This document shows positions 19,810-28,788 of a stretch of 64,000 bases of DNA, in pieces (the first letter of the stretch is position 1; every line of letters begins with the position of its first letter). The translations under genes and the position numbers were made by a program. The notes under the pieces are model-generated. The model saw nothing but the letters and a program-made list of their open reading frames with translations, was not told the DNA's origin and did no database searches. The DNA is from Candidatus Egaibacter danicus (GTDB lineage: Bacteria; Pseudomonadota; Gammaproteobacteria; Burkholderiales; Burkholderiaceae_C), in NCBI GenBank assembly GCA_016707075.1, contig JADJII010000002.1, forward strand, positions 261,082 to 325,081, written 5' to 3'.

Positions 19810-21687
19810 ATGCAAAGTGCTGTACTGGCTTGGTCGCGTCAGGCCAAGCGATTGGTTGTGGTTGGTTTGGACGTGTGCTTGGCGTTGCTCGCAACTTGGG
19901 TAGCTTTTACTTTGCGATTGGATACCCCGCATAAGCCGATGGACGCGCAGTGGTGGGTTTACGGACTAACGGCTGTGTTGTTTATTCCCGTATTTATTCG
20001 ATTCGGGTTGTATCGCGCAATATTTCGCTATACAGGGCAAGCGGCCTTACTGGCTACGGCGCAGGCTGTGGGTGTGTATGGGATTTTGTTAACTACGATT
20101 TTGGTTTGGCAGAAATGGCCGGGTGTGCCGCGAAGTTTAGGCGCGCTACAACCAATTATTTTTGTATTACTGGTTGGATCGAGTCGTGCATTCGCACGAT
20201 TTTGGCTAGCAGGACTTACTAGTATTGGTGGGAGTGCGAGAGACAAATTCCTTATATACGGTGCCGGAACAGCTGGCGCTCAAACAGCATCTGCGCTGAG
20301 TATCGCAGGTCAGTTTGAGTTGGTCGGTTTTGTTGATGACGATGTAGCCAAGGTTGGACGCAGTGTTAACGGGGTTGTGGTTTTCGGCCCATCCAGCGTG
20401 GCCCGGCTGATTGCTGAACGTGGTGTGACGGATATTCTGCTCGCGTTGCCTAGCTCTGCCCGAACTCGCCGTAAAGCCATCATCGAAAGTCTGCGTTCCC
20501 TACCAGTTCATATTCGCACTCTTCCCGATTGGGGCGATCTTGCCAGCGGTCGCGTTACCGTACAAGACTTCAAGGAACTCGAAATCGAAGATTTGCTTGG
20601 TCGCGACCCGGTGATACCCAACGCAGAGTTATTGGCCCGCAATCTGGCGGGCAAGGTGGTTCTGGTGACTGGGGCAGGCGGTAGCATTGGGGGCGAACTG
20701 TGCCGGCAAATTGTGGGGGAGCAGCCGCTTCGACTCCTTTTGCTGGACCATAGTGAATTTGGCTTATACAGCATCCATCAAGAGTTGCAGAGTTTGGTAG
20801 ATCACAAGGGACTTGCGGTGGAAGTTATCCCGCTTCTGGGCAGCGTTGCGCAACTTGATCGCTTGCGTGACATCTGCAGAACCTATCAGCCACATACGGT
20901 GTACCACGCTGCTGCCTACAAGCACGTTCCGCTGGTAGAGTCCAATCCATCGCAGGGCATTATCAACAACGTATTTGGTACGTTGCATATGGCACAGGCG
21001 GCCGTTGAGTATGGTGTCTCCAGCTTTGTGCTGATCTCTACCGACAAGGCGGTTCGACCCACCAATGTGATGGGTGCAAGTAAGCGTGTGGCCGAATTGG
21101 TGTTGCAAGCAATGGCAGCCAGTACAACGAAAGATGTGGCCACCTGCTTTAGCATGGTGCGCTTTGGCAATGTCTTGGGGTCAAGCGGAAGCGTGGTCCC
21201 CCTGTTTAGGCAGCAACTGGCAGTAGGTGGCCCCCTGACGGTTACTCACACCGAGGTTACCCGCTATTTCATGACGATTCCCGAGGCTGCGCAGCTGGTG
21301 CTTCAAGCCGGTGCTATGGCCTCAGGAGGTGAAGTTTTTGTGTTGAACATGGGCGAGCCAGTCAGGATCATGGATTTGGCACGCCGCATGGTGGAATTGT
21401 CGGGCATGAAGGTACGGGATTCAGAGCGTCCTGACGGGGACATCGAAATCCAGATTACAGGCTTGCGTCCGGGAGAGAAACTTTATGAGGAGCTTTTGAT
21501 TGGCGACAATCCGACACCGACCGTACACCCGCGTATTATGAAAGCGCATGAGGACTATCTCGAATGGACTGCATTGCAGGTGCAATTGAGCATTCTTGAG
21601 CATGCGGCACAAACGGAAGACATCGCTGCCATGAAAGCGGTTTTGCTCACGTGCGTTCATGGCTATGGCCTGGAGGTGTCGGCATAA
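19810..21687 (+). CDS. Membrane-anchored UDP-GlcNAc 4,6-dehydratase (WbpM/PglF/CapD family)
   Basis: 625 aa: N-terminal TM helices, two Rossmann regions (IYGAGTAG.. and VTGAGGSIGGEL), STDKAV..MGASKR. Confidence 0.9.
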   Translation: MQSAVLAWSRQAKRLVVVGLDVCLALLATWVAFTLRLDTPHKPMDAQWWVYGLTAVLFIPVFIRFGLYRAIFRYTGQAALLATAQAVGVYGILLTTILVWQKWPGVPRSLGALQPIIFVLLVGSSRAFARFWLAGLTSIGGSARDKFLIYGAGTAGAQTASALSIAGQFELVGFVDDDVAKVGRSVNGVVVFGPSSVARLIAERGVTDILLALPSSARTRRKAIIESLRSLPVHIRTLPDWGDLASGRVTVQDFKELEIEDLLGRDPVIPNAELLARNLAGKVVLVTGAGGSIGGELCRQIVGEQPLRLLLLDHSEFGLYSIHQELQSLVDHKGLAVEVIPLLGSVAQLDRLRDICRTYQPHTVYHAAAYKHVPLVESNPSQGIINNVFGTLHMAQAAVEYGVSSFVLISTDKAVRPTNVMGASKRVAELVLQAMAASTTKDVATCFSMVRFGNVLGSSGSVVPLFRQQLAVGGPLTVTHTEVTRYFMTIPEAAQLVLQAGAMASGGEVFVLNMGEPVRIMDLARRMVELSGMKVRDSERPDGDIEIQITGLRPGEKLYEELLIGDNPTPTVHPRIMKAHEDYLEWTALQVQLSILEHAAQTEDIAAMKAVLLTCVHGYGLEVSA

Positions 21688-21749
21688 TTCCGATGCTAGA
21701 TGTTTGCAGCTTGCTGCACAATCCAGATCAAATAGCTGCGTAGATAACC

Positions 21750-22639
<890 letters not shown>

Positions 22640-22695
22640 CCGTCTGTCAGCTAAACGCAAGCAATTCGCCGGGCGCGCTGGCGCAAAATGGCTCC

Positions 22696-23439
22696 ATGCG
22701 ACTCTTGTTGGTTGAGGACGATGTGATGGTGGCCAGCGGCATCAAGCTGGGCCTCACCGACGCGGGCTACGCGGTGGATTGGGTTGGCAGCGCCGAGCGG
22801 GCGATGGAAGCTACCCGAACTGAGGCATTTGATGTGGCCGTGGTCGATATCGGGCTGCCCCTGATGGATGGGCTGGCCCTCACGCAGCGGTTACGCAAAT
22901 CCGGCTTTGCCATGCCCGTGCTGATTCTCACCGCGCGCGATGCCTTGCAGGACCGGGTTCAGGGGCTGGACATGGGTGCAGATGACTATATGACCAAGCC
23001 TTTTGAGTTGCCCGAATTGTTAGCCCGGCTGCGGGCCTTGCTTCGGCGCTCGCAGGCGGCTACCTCTGCCGTGTTGAGCTTTGGGCCGTTGGAAATGGAT
23101 ACCGCCAAACGTCAGGCGTTTATTCGTTCCGGGCCAGTTGCCGGTCAGACAGCCGGTTACACACCTTCGGTCCAACTGATCGAGTTTGGTCCCCGCGAGT
23201 GGACTGTCATGGAGTATTTGCTTTTGCAGGTCCCCAAGCCTGCCAACAAAGACAAGCTGTTGCTGGCGCTTACCGGCTGGGACAAGGAAATCACTCCCAA
23301 CGCCGTGGAGGTCTACATCTCGCGCCTGCGCGGCAAGCTTGAACCCTTTGGCATAGCGCTGAGATCGATTCGCGGGTTTGGCTATCGCCTTGAACTGACC
23401 GAAGACGAGCCAGCCCCAATGCCCGACACCGGCCGTTGA
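22696..23439 (+). CDS. OmpR/QseB-family response regulator
   Basis: Receiver domain (LLVEDD..DIGLP..TARD..GADDYMTKPF) and winged-helix output (..NAVEVYISRLRGKL..GFGYRL). Confidence 0.9.
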   Translation: MRLLLVEDDVMVASGIKLGLTDAGYAVDWVGSAERAMEATRTEAFDVAVVDIGLPLMDGLALTQRLRKSGFAMPVLILTARDALQDRVQGLDMGADDYMTKPFELPELLARLRALLRRSQAATSAVLSFGPLEMDTAKRQAFIRSGPVAGQTAGYTPSVQLIEFGPREWTVMEYLLLQVPKPANKDKLLLALTGWDKEITPNAVEVYISRLRGKLEPFGIALRSIRGFGYRLELTEDEPAPMPDTGR

Positions 23440-23442
23440 CGC

Positions 23443-24921
23443 ATGCACACGTCTGCGGTCATTGGTACCGGACTGCGGCAGCGTTTGCTGCTGCTGCTGC
23501 TGATGCCGTTGATCCTTCTTGCGGGCGTCAGCACCTGGTTCGACTACAGGCAAGCCGGTGATACTGCGTTGCAGCAGGATCGCCAGCTCCTGGGCCTGGT
23601 TCCCCTGCTGGCTGACTCGGTGATTGCCCGCGGTCAGACAGCCATTGACGCGCCGGTGCTACTCATGGCGCCCCCGGTGGAAGAGTTCCTCAAGCAGCGC
23701 TCCGGCGTTGCCGCATTTGGTATCGCCAGCCCGGATGGACAGATGTTGATTGGTGAGCCCTGGCTGGGCGGGGCTTTGCCGTCAACCCGGGAGCCCGAAT
23801 TTTCGAGTGAAGTGGAAGATGGCGTGACCTACCGCATTGTCACGCAGCGTGTGCATACGGTGGCAGGCGACCTGGTGATGTACCTGGCCGACGGCTCCGA
23901 CTCGCGGCAACAGTGGCTGCGTCTGGTGCTCCTCAAAGTGGTGTTACCCAATCTGGTGCTGGCCGTTGTCGCCTTGTTCGCCATCAATTGGGCTGTGCGC
24001 CGCGCACTGCGCCCGCTGATCGAACTGAAAGAGGCTGTGGAACGCCGCTCGCCCCGCGATTTGAGTGCGCTGGATACGATGGCCTCGCCCGAGGAAGTGC
24101 GCCCGCTGGTGTCGTCGATCAACCGGTTGCTGGACCTTGTGAACGCCCAGACCGAAAGCCAGCGACGCTTCGTGGCTGACGCTGCGCACCAGTTGCGTAC
24201 ACCGCTGGCCGGCTTGCAGGCGCAGGTCGAAGCGTGGGCCCAGGCGGCCAACACAGCATCACAAGACGGCAAAAATACTCCAAATATGGAGTCAAATAGG
24301 CCTCTAGCCCTCGTGGAATATGCGCAACCAGCTATCATTTTAGGAGTGAATGAGGTTAGCCAGTTGCGGGACGCCGTTCGCCGCACCTCGCAGCTGGCTA
24401 ACCAGCTACTGGCCTTGTCACGCGCTGACGCGCTGGCGCTGGATACGCAACCCATGCAACCCCTTGACTTGAAGGACCTGTGCGAAAGCTTGCTGGAGGT
24501 TCATCTCAACACGGCTACCGCCAAGCACATCGACCTGGGTCTCGACGCCAGATCCATTCATGTCACAGGCCACGAATGGCTGTTGCGCGAAATGGTAGGG
24601 AACCTGCTGGACAATGCGGTGAAGTACACGTCCGAAGGTGGCACGGTGACGTTGCGTTGTGGCTACAGGACGCCATCCGGGATGGCAGAACGTCCCACCC
24701 GGGCGTTCATCGAAGTGGAGGATGACGGCCCGGGTGTGCCAGTGGACGAGCGTGACAAGGTGCTGGAGCGTTTTTACCGTGTGCCTGGCGTGGCGGGCCA
24801 GGGCAACGGGCTGGGGTTGGCGATAGCGCAGGAGATCGCTCACGTGCATGGCAGCGCTTTGGAGGTGGGCGCAGGACCCCATGGACGCGGATTGCGCGTC
24901 ACCATGGTGTTTCCGCCCTAG
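23443..24921 (+). CDS. QseC-type sensor histidine kinase carrying an in-frame AT-rich insertion in the DHp region
   Basis: Two TM segments, H-box FVADAAHQLRTPL, N-box LLDNAVKY, G-boxes DDGPGV and GNGLGLAI. Confidence 0.9.
   Translation: MHTSAVIGTGLRQRLLLLLLMPLILLAGVSTWFDYRQAGDTALQQDRQLLGLVPLLADSVIARGQTAIDAPVLLMAPPVEEFLKQRSGVAAFGIASPDGQMLIGEPWLGGALPSTREPEFSSEVEDGVTYRIVTQRVHTVAGDLVMYLADGSDSRQQWLRLVLLKVVLPNLVLAVVALFAINWAVRRALRPLIELKEAVERRSPRDLSALDTMASPEEVRPLVSSINRLLDLVNAQTESQRRFVADAAHQLRTPLAGLQAQVEAWAQAANTASQDGKNTPNMESNRPLALVEYAQPAIILGVNEVSQLRDAVRRTSQLANQLLALSRADALALDTQPMQPLDLKDLCESLLEVHLNTATAKHIDLGLDARSIHVTGHEWLLREMVGNLLDNAVKYTSEGGTVTLRCGYRTPSGMAERPTRAFIEVEDDGPGVPVDERDKVLERFYRVPGVAGQGNGLGLAIAQEIAHVHGSALEVGAGPHGRGLRVTMVFPP
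24268..24356 (+). repeat. Dispersed AT-rich repeat, copy A, in-frame inside the sensor kinase
   Basis: ccaaatatgg..ctctagccctcgtggaatatgcgcaaccagctatcatttt is colinear with the copies at 35.5 kb, 40.2 kb (reverse) and 62.4 kb. Translated as DGKNTPNMESNRPLALVEYAQPAIILGVNEV. Confidence 0.7.
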
Positions 24922-24975
24922 GCAAAACCCTTGGGTGCGCTGTGCGAGAATTGTTTCAACCTATTCCCAGAAGCC

Positions 24976-25641
24976 ATGTCCGACGCCGAAACCTCCCCTC
25001 TACCCGTTGCAGCTGGCAGTGAACCGGCTACTCCGGTGCGCAAACGGCCCAAACCGGGCGAACGCCGTGTCCAGATTCTGCAGGCGCTGGCATCCATGCT
25101 GGAGCAGCCCGGCGCGGAGCGTATCACCACGGCAGCACTCGCGGCCCGGCTGGATGTCAGTGAGGCCGCGCTTTACCGGCATTTCGCCAGCAAAGCGCAG
25201 ATGTTTGAGGGCCTGATCGAGTTTATTGAGCAGACCGTTTTTTCGCTGGTCAACCAGATAGCCGAGCGCGAGAGTGCGCTTGCCTCTGTTGAATCTGGCG
25301 CCGGCAGCCGTCATGCCATCAAAGTGATCTCCATGCTGATTCAGTTTGCCGAGAAGAACCCCGGCATGACGCGTGTGATGGTGGGCGACGCCCTGGTGTT
25401 TGAAAATGATCGACTGCAGCAGCGCATGAACCAGTTTTTCGACAAGATTGAGTCCACACTCAAGCAGAGCCTGCGAGTCGCGTCGGACGCTTCCGGCTCG
25501 GCAACTCCCAGTGTTGATGCACAGATTCAGGCGTCAGTGTTAACGGCGTTTGTCATGGGACGTTTGCAACGTTTTGCCCGGTCCGGGTTCAAGCGTCTGC
25601 CATCCGAACATCTGGAAGCCAGCCTCGCGTTGATGCTGTAA
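24976..25641 (+). CDS. slmA: Nucleoid occlusion factor SlmA (TetR fold)
   Basis: ..RRVQILQALASMLEQPGAERITTAALAARLDVSEAALYRHFASKAQMFEGLIEFIE.. closely parallels E. coli SlmA. Start chosen at the Met at 24976. Confidence 0.8.
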   Translation: MSDAETSPLPVAAGSEPATPVRKRPKPGERRVQILQALASMLEQPGAERITTAALAARLDVSEAALYRHFASKAQMFEGLIEFIEQTVFSLVNQIAERESALASVESGAGSRHAIKVISMLIQFAEKNPGMTRVMVGDALVFENDRLQQRMNQFFDKIESTLKQSLRVASDASGSATPSVDAQIQASVLTAFVMGRLQRFARSGFKRLPSEHLEASLALML

Positions 25642-25740
25642 CAGGCACCCAATAGAGCAATCCAAGGGTTTACCCTTAAATTTCCTAGAAGGCATCGTCT
25701 AGAAGCTTTCTTTCGGGGATCGCATGCCGCAATTTGCTGC

Positions 25741-25764
25741 AAAATAGAACGGTCGTTCTTTTTT
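25741..25764. promoter_or_regulatory. Candidate TetR operator (inverted repeat AAAATAGAAC-ggtc-GTTCTTTTTT)
   Basis: 10-bp arms with one mismatch, 10 nt upstream of the TetR start at 25774. Confidence 0.3.
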
Positions 25765-25773
25765 GTGAAATTG

Positions 25774-26511
25774 ATGTCAGCCACTCCGCCATCGACCAAA
25801 ACCAGTCTTGCCAACCTGGCCGGCCACAGCCGGTTGACTGGGGCGCACGGGCGAGCTGTCCAGAAAGGCCAGCAGACCAAGGCCGCTATCGTGGACGCCG
25901 CGCTGGGACTGGCGACCCAGATTGGGCTGGAGGGTTTGAGCATTGGTGCACTGGCTGAGGTCATGCACATGAGCAAATCCGGCGTATTTGCCCATTTTGG
26001 CTCACGCGAGGAACTTCAGATTTCCGTGATCCGTGAGTACCACGACCGCTTCGAGCACGAGGTGTTTTATCCCGCCCTTGAGGAGGAGCGTGGTCTGCCC
26101 CGTGTGCGCGCCCTGTTTGCCAACTGGATGAAGCGCACCTCGGTAGAAATTGACTCCGGGTGCATCTACATCAGTGGTGCGGTGGAATTTGATGACCGGC
26201 CCGGTCCGGTGCGGGATGCGCTGGCCAATTCGGTCAAGACATGGCTCGCGGCCGTGCATCGTGCCGTTGTGCAGGCACAGGAAATGGGTCAGTTGCATGC
26301 TGACGCGGATGCGCACCAGATGGCCTTTGAAATCCACGGCCTCATCCTCGCCCTGCATTACGAAGCCCGTTTCCTGAAATACCCTGGCTCCATCGCACGT
26401 GCCAACACGGGGTTCGCCAACATCCTTTCCCGCTTCGGGCATGACGCGTCAGCCTCCGCCCGGCGCAAATCAGTCAAACCAGTTCAGTCCATTCGCAATC
26501 CAAAGGAGTAA
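25774..26511 (+). CDS. TetR-family regulator of the adjacent beta-oxidation operon
   Basis: HTH ..GLEGLSIGALAEVMHMSKSGVFAHFGSREELQ... Confidence 0.8.
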   Translation: MSATPPSTKTSLANLAGHSRLTGAHGRAVQKGQQTKAAIVDAALGLATQIGLEGLSIGALAEVMHMSKSGVFAHFGSREELQISVIREYHDRFEHEVFYPALEEERGLPRVRALFANWMKRTSVEIDSGCIYISGAVEFDDRPGPVRDALANSVKTWLAAVHRAVVQAQEMGQLHADADAHQMAFEIHGLILALHYEARFLKYPGSIARANTGFANILSRFGHDASASARRKSVKPVQSIRNPKE

Positions 26512-26517
26512 TCAACC

Positions 26518-28314
26518 ATGCCAACCTATACGCCCCCATTGCGTGACATGCAGTTTGTGATGCACGAAGTGCTCAAGGTTACCGATGAGTTCAAGACCAT
26601 GCCCAAACACGCCGATGCCGACGCCGATACCATCAACGCGGTGCTGGAAGAGGCTGGCAAGTTCGCCAGTGAGGTGATATTCCCGCTTAATATCAGCGGT
26701 GATGCCGAGGGTTGCAAGCTCGACAAGACCTCCCACGAAGTCAAAACCCCCACCGGTTTCAAGGAGGCTTACAAGACCTACGTGGAAGGCGGTTGGGCCG
26801 CACTCAGCTGTGATCCCGCTTATGGCGGCCAGGGGCTGCCGCTGGTGGTGAACCAGTGCCTGTACGAAATGATGAACTCGGCCAACCAGGCCTGGACCAT
26901 GTACCCGGGCCTTACCCACGGGGCCTACGCTGCACTGCACACCCACGGTACCGAGGAGCAGAAGCAGACTTATCTGCCCAAGATGACCAGTGGCGAGTGG
27001 ACCGGCACCATGTGCCTGACCGAGCCACACTGCGGCACCGACCTGGGCCTGATGCGGACCAGGGCCGAACCCCATCCTGACGGTACCTACAAGATCACTG
27101 GCAATAAGATTTTCATCAGTGCCGGTGAACACGACATGGCGCCCAACATCATCCACCTGGTGCTGGCCCGCCTGCCCGATGCGCCCCCCGGCATCAAGGG
27201 CGTGAGCCTGTTCATCGTGCCCAAGTTCCTGGTCAATGCCGACGGCTCGCTGGGCGCGCGCAATGGCATTTACTGCGGTGGCCTGGAGCACAAGATGGGT
27301 ATCCACGCCAATGCGACTGCACAGATCGTGATCGATGGTGCCTATGGCACGATGGTTGGCCAACCCAACAAGGGCATGCAGGCCATGTTCGTCATGATGA
27401 ACGCCGCCCGGCTCGGTGTGGGCAATCAGTCATTGGGTCTGACCGAGGTGGCGTACCAAAATGCACTGGCTTACGCCAAGGACCGCATCCAGATGCGTTC
27501 GCTCTCGGGCATCAAGGCGAAAGACAAACCGGCCGATCCCATCATCGTTCATCCGGACGTGCGAAAAATGCTGTTGACCGCCAAGGCGTATGCCGAAGGC
27601 GGTCGCGCGCTGGCCATCTATTGCTCCGTGCTGCTGGAGAAGGCGCACTATCACCCGGACGGGAAAGTACGCAAGGACAGCGATGAGATGCTGTCGCTGC
27701 TCACCCCGATTACCAAGGCCTTCCTGACCGACAACGGCTTTCAGTCGGCCGTGATGTGCCAGCAGGTGTATGGTGGCCATGGCTACATCAAGGAATGGGG
27801 CATGGAACAGTTTGTGCGCGATGCCCGCATCAACATGATTTACGAGGGTACCAACACCATCCAGAGTCTGGACCTGCTGGGCCGCAAGATCCTGGGCAAC
27901 AACGGCGCAACGCTGAAAAAGTTCGGCAAGCTGGTAGCGGCGCTGGTTGAAGAAGAAGGCGTCAACGAGAAGATGGCCGAGTTCATCAACCCCATTGCCT
28001 TCCTGGGCGACAAGATGACCAAGTTCACGACCGAGCTGGGCTTCAAGGGTTTTCAGAATCCGGATGAAGTGGGTGCTGCAGCGGTGGATTACCTGCGCGT
28101 CGCGGGCCACCTGGTGTTCGGCTACTTCTGGGCACGCATGGCACAAGTTGCGCTGCGCGAAATTGCCGCTGGCAATACCGATCCTTTCTACCAGGCCAAA
28201 CTGCAGACCGCGCGCTTCTATTTCGCCAAGCTGTTCCCCGAAACGGCGTCTCTGATGCTGACGGCGCGCGCTGGCAGCAAGGTCCTGACGGATACCGATC
28301 TGGCCCTGGCCTGA
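26518..28314 (+). CDS. Large acyl-CoA dehydrogenase (AcylCoA_DH_N plus ACAD plus C-terminal extension)
   Basis: 598 aa: MPTYTPPLRDMQFVMHEVL N-terminal domain, ..GEWTGTMCLTEPHCGTDL.., ..QVYGGHGYIKE... Confidence 0.9.
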   Translation: MPTYTPPLRDMQFVMHEVLKVTDEFKTMPKHADADADTINAVLEEAGKFASEVIFPLNISGDAEGCKLDKTSHEVKTPTGFKEAYKTYVEGGWAALSCDPAYGGQGLPLVVNQCLYEMMNSANQAWTMYPGLTHGAYAALHTHGTEEQKQTYLPKMTSGEWTGTMCLTEPHCGTDLGLMRTRAEPHPDGTYKITGNKIFISAGEHDMAPNIIHLVLARLPDAPPGIKGVSLFIVPKFLVNADGSLGARNGIYCGGLEHKMGIHANATAQIVIDGAYGTMVGQPNKGMQAMFVMMNAARLGVGNQSLGLTEVAYQNALAYAKDRIQMRSLSGIKAKDKPADPIIVHPDVRKMLLTAKAYAEGGRALAIYCSVLLEKAHYHPDGKVRKDSDEMLSLLTPITKAFLTDNGFQSAVMCQQVYGGHGYIKEWGMEQFVRDARINMIYEGTNTIQSLDLLGRKILGNNGATLKKFGKLVAALVEEEGVNEKMAEFINPIAFLGDKMTKFTTELGFKGFQNPDEVGAAAVDYLRVAGHLVFGYFWARMAQVALREIAAGNTDPFYQAKLQTARFYFAKLFPETASLMLTARAGSKVLTDTDLALA

Positions 28315-28318
28315 TGCC

Positions 28319-28756
28319 ATGAAACGGATGTCTATTACCGCTTTGCTTGCATTGGCTTCCTTTGCCGCATTGGCGCAGATGTCCCCCTCCGGCCTTTGGA
28401 AGACCATCGACGACGACAGCAAACAGGAAAAGTCGCTGGTGCGCATCAAGGAAATCGGGGGCATGTTTATCGGCACGATCGAGAAGGTACTGGACCTCAC
28501 AGTCAAACCGGATGCCATATGTGACAAATGCAGCGACGAGCGCAAGGACAAGCCACTGATCGGACTGACCATCCTGCGCAACGTTCGTCAAAGCGCTGAT
28601 GACAAAGCCGTCTGGGATGGCGGCGATATCGTGGACCCGGACAATGGCAAGGTGTACCGCACCCGTTTGAAGCCTGTTGACGGTGGAAGAAAACTGGAAA
28701 TGCGTGGCTATATCGGCCCGTTCTATCGCACCCAGGTCTGGATCCGTGTCGAATGA
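28319..28756 (+). CDS. Secreted DUF2147-family protein
   Basis: Signal peptide, then GLWKTIDD..PLIGLTILRN..WDGGDIVDPDNGKVYRTRLKPVDGG.KLEMRGYIG. Confidence 0.7.
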   Translation: MKRMSITALLALASFAALAQMSPSGLWKTIDDDSKQEKSLVRIKEIGGMFIGTIEKVLDLTVKPDAICDKCSDERKDKPLIGLTILRNVRQSADDKAVWDGGDIVDPDNGKVYRTRLKPVDGGRKLEMRGYIGPFYRTQVWIRVE

Positions 28757-28788
28757 CACGGTCAGATCATTCTCCGATTGGAAAACTC

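Noticed and set aside
20677-20684. GGCGGTAG, identical to the ops/JUMPstart core used by RfaH
   Set aside because: It lies inside the WbpM-type coding sequence, not in a 5' leader. An 8-mer is expected by chance in 64 kb.
21688-21749. Possible degenerate fifth copy of the AT-rich repeat between the WbpM-type gene and argB (ctag..gcagct..aatagc)
   Set aside because: Only three short blocks match, the spacing is wrong, and there is no extended colinear identity.
23488-23502. (CTG)5 trinucleotide repeat
   Set aside because: It simply encodes the poly-Leu stretch of the first transmembrane helix of the sensor kinase and is too short to count as a contingency locus.
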